A stretch of 63,647 bases of DNA, filler included, from Reclinomonas americana ATCC 50394 (taxonomy: Eukaryota): the NCBI GenBank assembly GCA_048213135.1. It is 14 parts of 14 records of this genome, joined end to end, with 100 filler letters (N's around TTAATTAATTAA, not from the genome) between each part and the next. Parts side by side here need not be neighbours in the genome. Positions count along the whole stretch, not along the records: positions 58,794 to 61,339 come from AFZH01017987.1; positions 61,440 to 63,647 come from AFZH01017989.1; 12 more parts are not named here. One strand, given 5' to 3'. Made by a program: the position numbers and the translations under genes. Numbering within the stretch: the stretch's first letter is position 1; every line of letters begins with the position of its first letter. Below the pieces are notes generated by a model. That model made no database searches, was not told the origin of the DNA, and saw nothing but the letters and a program-made list of their open reading frames with translations. Below are positions 61,142 to 63,647 of this stretch, one piece after another.

Positions 61142-62890
61142 TTAGTGATCGAATGCCGTCATCTCAATGTCCACATTCTGGAACTTGGCACGCATCGCCT
61201 CCGTTGCCTTGGCCTGTGCAGTGAATGAGATGAGCAGTGTGTTTCACAACAGCAACATGAAGCAATCACGAACCGCTTCGACGGGGTCGATCGGGCTGCC
61301 GGACTCGTTCCACAGCCGTGGTGTCAACTCGCACTCGGCNNNNNNNNNNNNNNNNNNNNNNNNNNNNNNNNNNNNNNNNNNNNTTAATTAATTAANNNNN
61401 NNNNNNNNNNNNNNNNNNNNNNNNNNNNNNNNNNNNNNNCCACGGCCTTGCTGCCCATGCCCACCTCGCGGAAAAGTTCACGCGTAGGGAACTGCTCCGA
61501 GGTGGCCAGTGCGTACGTCAGCGACTCGCCGTCAATGACAACGCTGTACGGCTCGTTCATCTGCGCCCGAAATGAGAGTTGGTTGAGAACGCAAAGCAAC
61601 GAGTGAGAGATAAGTGGACAGAGATTTTGATGCTCACCTTCCTCAAGTCGCGTGCGTGAATTGCTGCGCGCTTAATAATTTCGTGCACGTACACGCGTTC
61701 CTCGTGCTCCCGCGCAGCCCTGCTTGCACCACGAGTCTTCTGCACCAGGGGGTGATTGGTCTCCTTGGGCATCTGAATCTCCAGCTGCTTCATCTGATCA
61801 TTCAGCAACGAGCAGGCATGACCAATGTTGATGGCCGTGTCCCACTTGTCGCTGCGCGGGAGTGGGAGAAGGGAGAGGGAGAGAGAGTACCAGTGAGGGT
61901 TGAGCTGCATTACTCCACACGACACCAATAACGACAAGAGTGAGTCGAATTACCCCGTGAGGATCCAGATGCGCAAGTTGGCGCGTTGCATGGTGGCAAT
62001 GGCGTCGGGCACGCCCTCTTGCAGCTTGTCCTCAATGGCCGTCGCACCGACCAGGAAGAGGCCTTGTTCAATCTCGTTGGCCAGCGCGCCCACCTAGTGT
62101 GAAGACGCTGTGTGAGCACGACTCGCAAGCGACTCGCAAGCAGCCACACGCGACACCGACAAACCTTGGCATCACGGCCTTCGGTGGCGGACTTGGCAAC
62201 CTGCAGCCGCTGGAACCACTCCTCGTACACCGGCGCGGGGATTTCCTTCATGGCGAGGGCAAGCGTACGCAGACCGTCGTTGGCGAATTGCTGTGAGTGT
62301 GCACAAGCAGGTCAATACAGTGCACAACGATAAAACGATGAGTGAAGAGAACGCAACATCGAGGCGACTTTGTGTCTCGGCCACAAACGGCGACGTCGGG
62401 TGCAAACGCGACATGACGATGGAGTCGGCGCCCTTGACGTACAGAATAATGGCACCAGTGCGAGGGTGGCGCAGAATGACAGACTGTCGCTTGCGATCCG
62501 AGTCGAACTCGAAGCTCTGCAGCAACTGGAACGTCTGCATCTCGCGCGTGTCCAGGCGCTCCAGCGTCTTGGTCTGATCGTCGGCCGCCTACAGACAACA
62601 GAGAGAGAATTAAGCAGCAGCGAACGAAACAGAAGAGAATGGGGGGGAGGGAGCGACGAAACTCGCAGAATGAAGCCAAACTTCTTGCCGGCAATCACCA
62701 ACGCCAGCTCATCAGGAGACGACGCCTTGTACGAGTACTCGTTGGGATCGGGGTTTTCCTGGTCGCGCTCCACCAGCACATCGTTGCACAGCGCCAGCAT
62801 GTACATGTAGTGCTCAATGACTTCGGGGTGCGGCAGGCGGACCCAGTTGCCGTTCATCAGCGAGGTGTCGCGGAAGTTGAAGCCCTTCTG
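61142..62890 (-). CDS. P4-type ATPase (phospholipid flippase), internal exons plus probable last exon
   Basis: [72 protein letters not shown]. Assignment of the terminal exon at 61142 is tentative. Confidence 0.9.
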
Positions 62891-63216
62891 CGCTCGGATA
62901 CAAAGAATTGAGTGAGCAAGGAAGGAGAAGGGAAGAGAAGGGAAGAGAAGAGAAGGGAAGAGAAGGGAAGGGAAGAGAGAAGGAGGGGAGAGAGAGAGAA
63001 GGAGAGACAGAGAGAGAGAGAAGGAGAGAGACAGAAAGAGAGAGAGAGAGTGAGAGAGAGAGAGAGAGAAAGAGACAGAGGGAGGGAGGGAGAGAGAGAT
63101 CACGGGCTCTCTTCTGTGTTTTTCTCTGCCCGATTTAACAAACGCCCCTCCTCATTCTCTCTCCTTCTATCACTTGCTTGAATACTTTCACACAAACGAG
63201 CAAGCTGGGAACACAC

Positions 63217-63485
63217 CCCAACATCTACACTACTCCTTCCCTCTCTCTCTCACTCTGACTTGCTTGCTTTCGCACAGGATGCGTGAGTGAGATACTCTCC
63301 CACTCTCATTTCTCTTTCTCAGACTGCCTGCTTCCGCACAGAAGGAGCACGCGCTGCCCAACATCTACACTTCTCCCTCTCTCTCTCTCTCGCACTCTGA
63401 CCTGCTTGCTTTGCACAGGATGCGTGAGTGAGATACCCAAAAAGCAGAATGTGCTCCTCTCCCACTCTCATTTCTCTTTCTCTCA
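63217..63485. repeat. ~140-bp direct duplication (likely intronic)
   Basis: cccaacatctacact...gcacaggatgcgtgagtgagatac...ctcccactctcatttctctttctc occurs twice. Confidence 0.75.
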
Positions 63486-63647
63486 CTGTGTGGCGTGCTT
63501 GCTTGCTTCCGCAATACGCGAGCTAGGAATACGCCAAACGGAAGCACAGCTGCACCCCTCTCCCTCTGCCTCTTTCCCAATCCCTCCCCCCTTCCACTTC
63601 TCTTCGCACAAACCTCGAGAATGACGCCCGGCGGAACCTCTGGATCC

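Noticed and set aside
62591..62668. Apparent GC donor (CT|GCGAGT) in the P4-ATPase
   Set aside because: The in-phase donor is CTG CGA|GTTTCG, a normal GT-AG intron.
1..63647. tRNA, rRNA or snRNA genes
   Set aside because: None recognisable by eye; a covariance-model search would be needed to exclude them.

Overview
Eukaryotic (non-fungal-looking, probably flagellated protist) genomic scaffold, GC-rich, with short GT-AG introns and CT/CA/CAA microsatellites. Thirteen ~100-nt N-TTAATTAATTAA-N spacers are artificial. Several genes (MUS81, the FN3 receptor, KRR1, the EF-hand gene) continue in order across them, so contig order seems largely real. Conserved genes: MUS81, an RSPH14-like armadillo protein, an EF-hand protein, an AlkB-type dioxygenase, KRR1, an aquaporin and a P4-ATPase. 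Accessory content: (i) two tandem clusters (at least 8 genes) of intronless WD40 proteins with highly similar 42-aa repeats, hypervariable surface positions and a shared C-terminal tail with an F-box-like LPEMVL motif; (ii) a NACHT-pentapeptide-WD40 NLR-like gene; (iii) a very large FN3-containing type I membrane protein plus a decayed paralog; (iv) a frameshifted multi-cadherin gene; (v) a decayed CMC/EnSpm-like transposase with a CAC-ended MITE in its intron. The best candidate for an undescribed system is the diversifying WD40 + F-box-like adaptor repertoire. A second lineage-specific oddity is the frequent GTTGCG 5' splice site. All homology calls are by-eye motif recognition; no searches were run.
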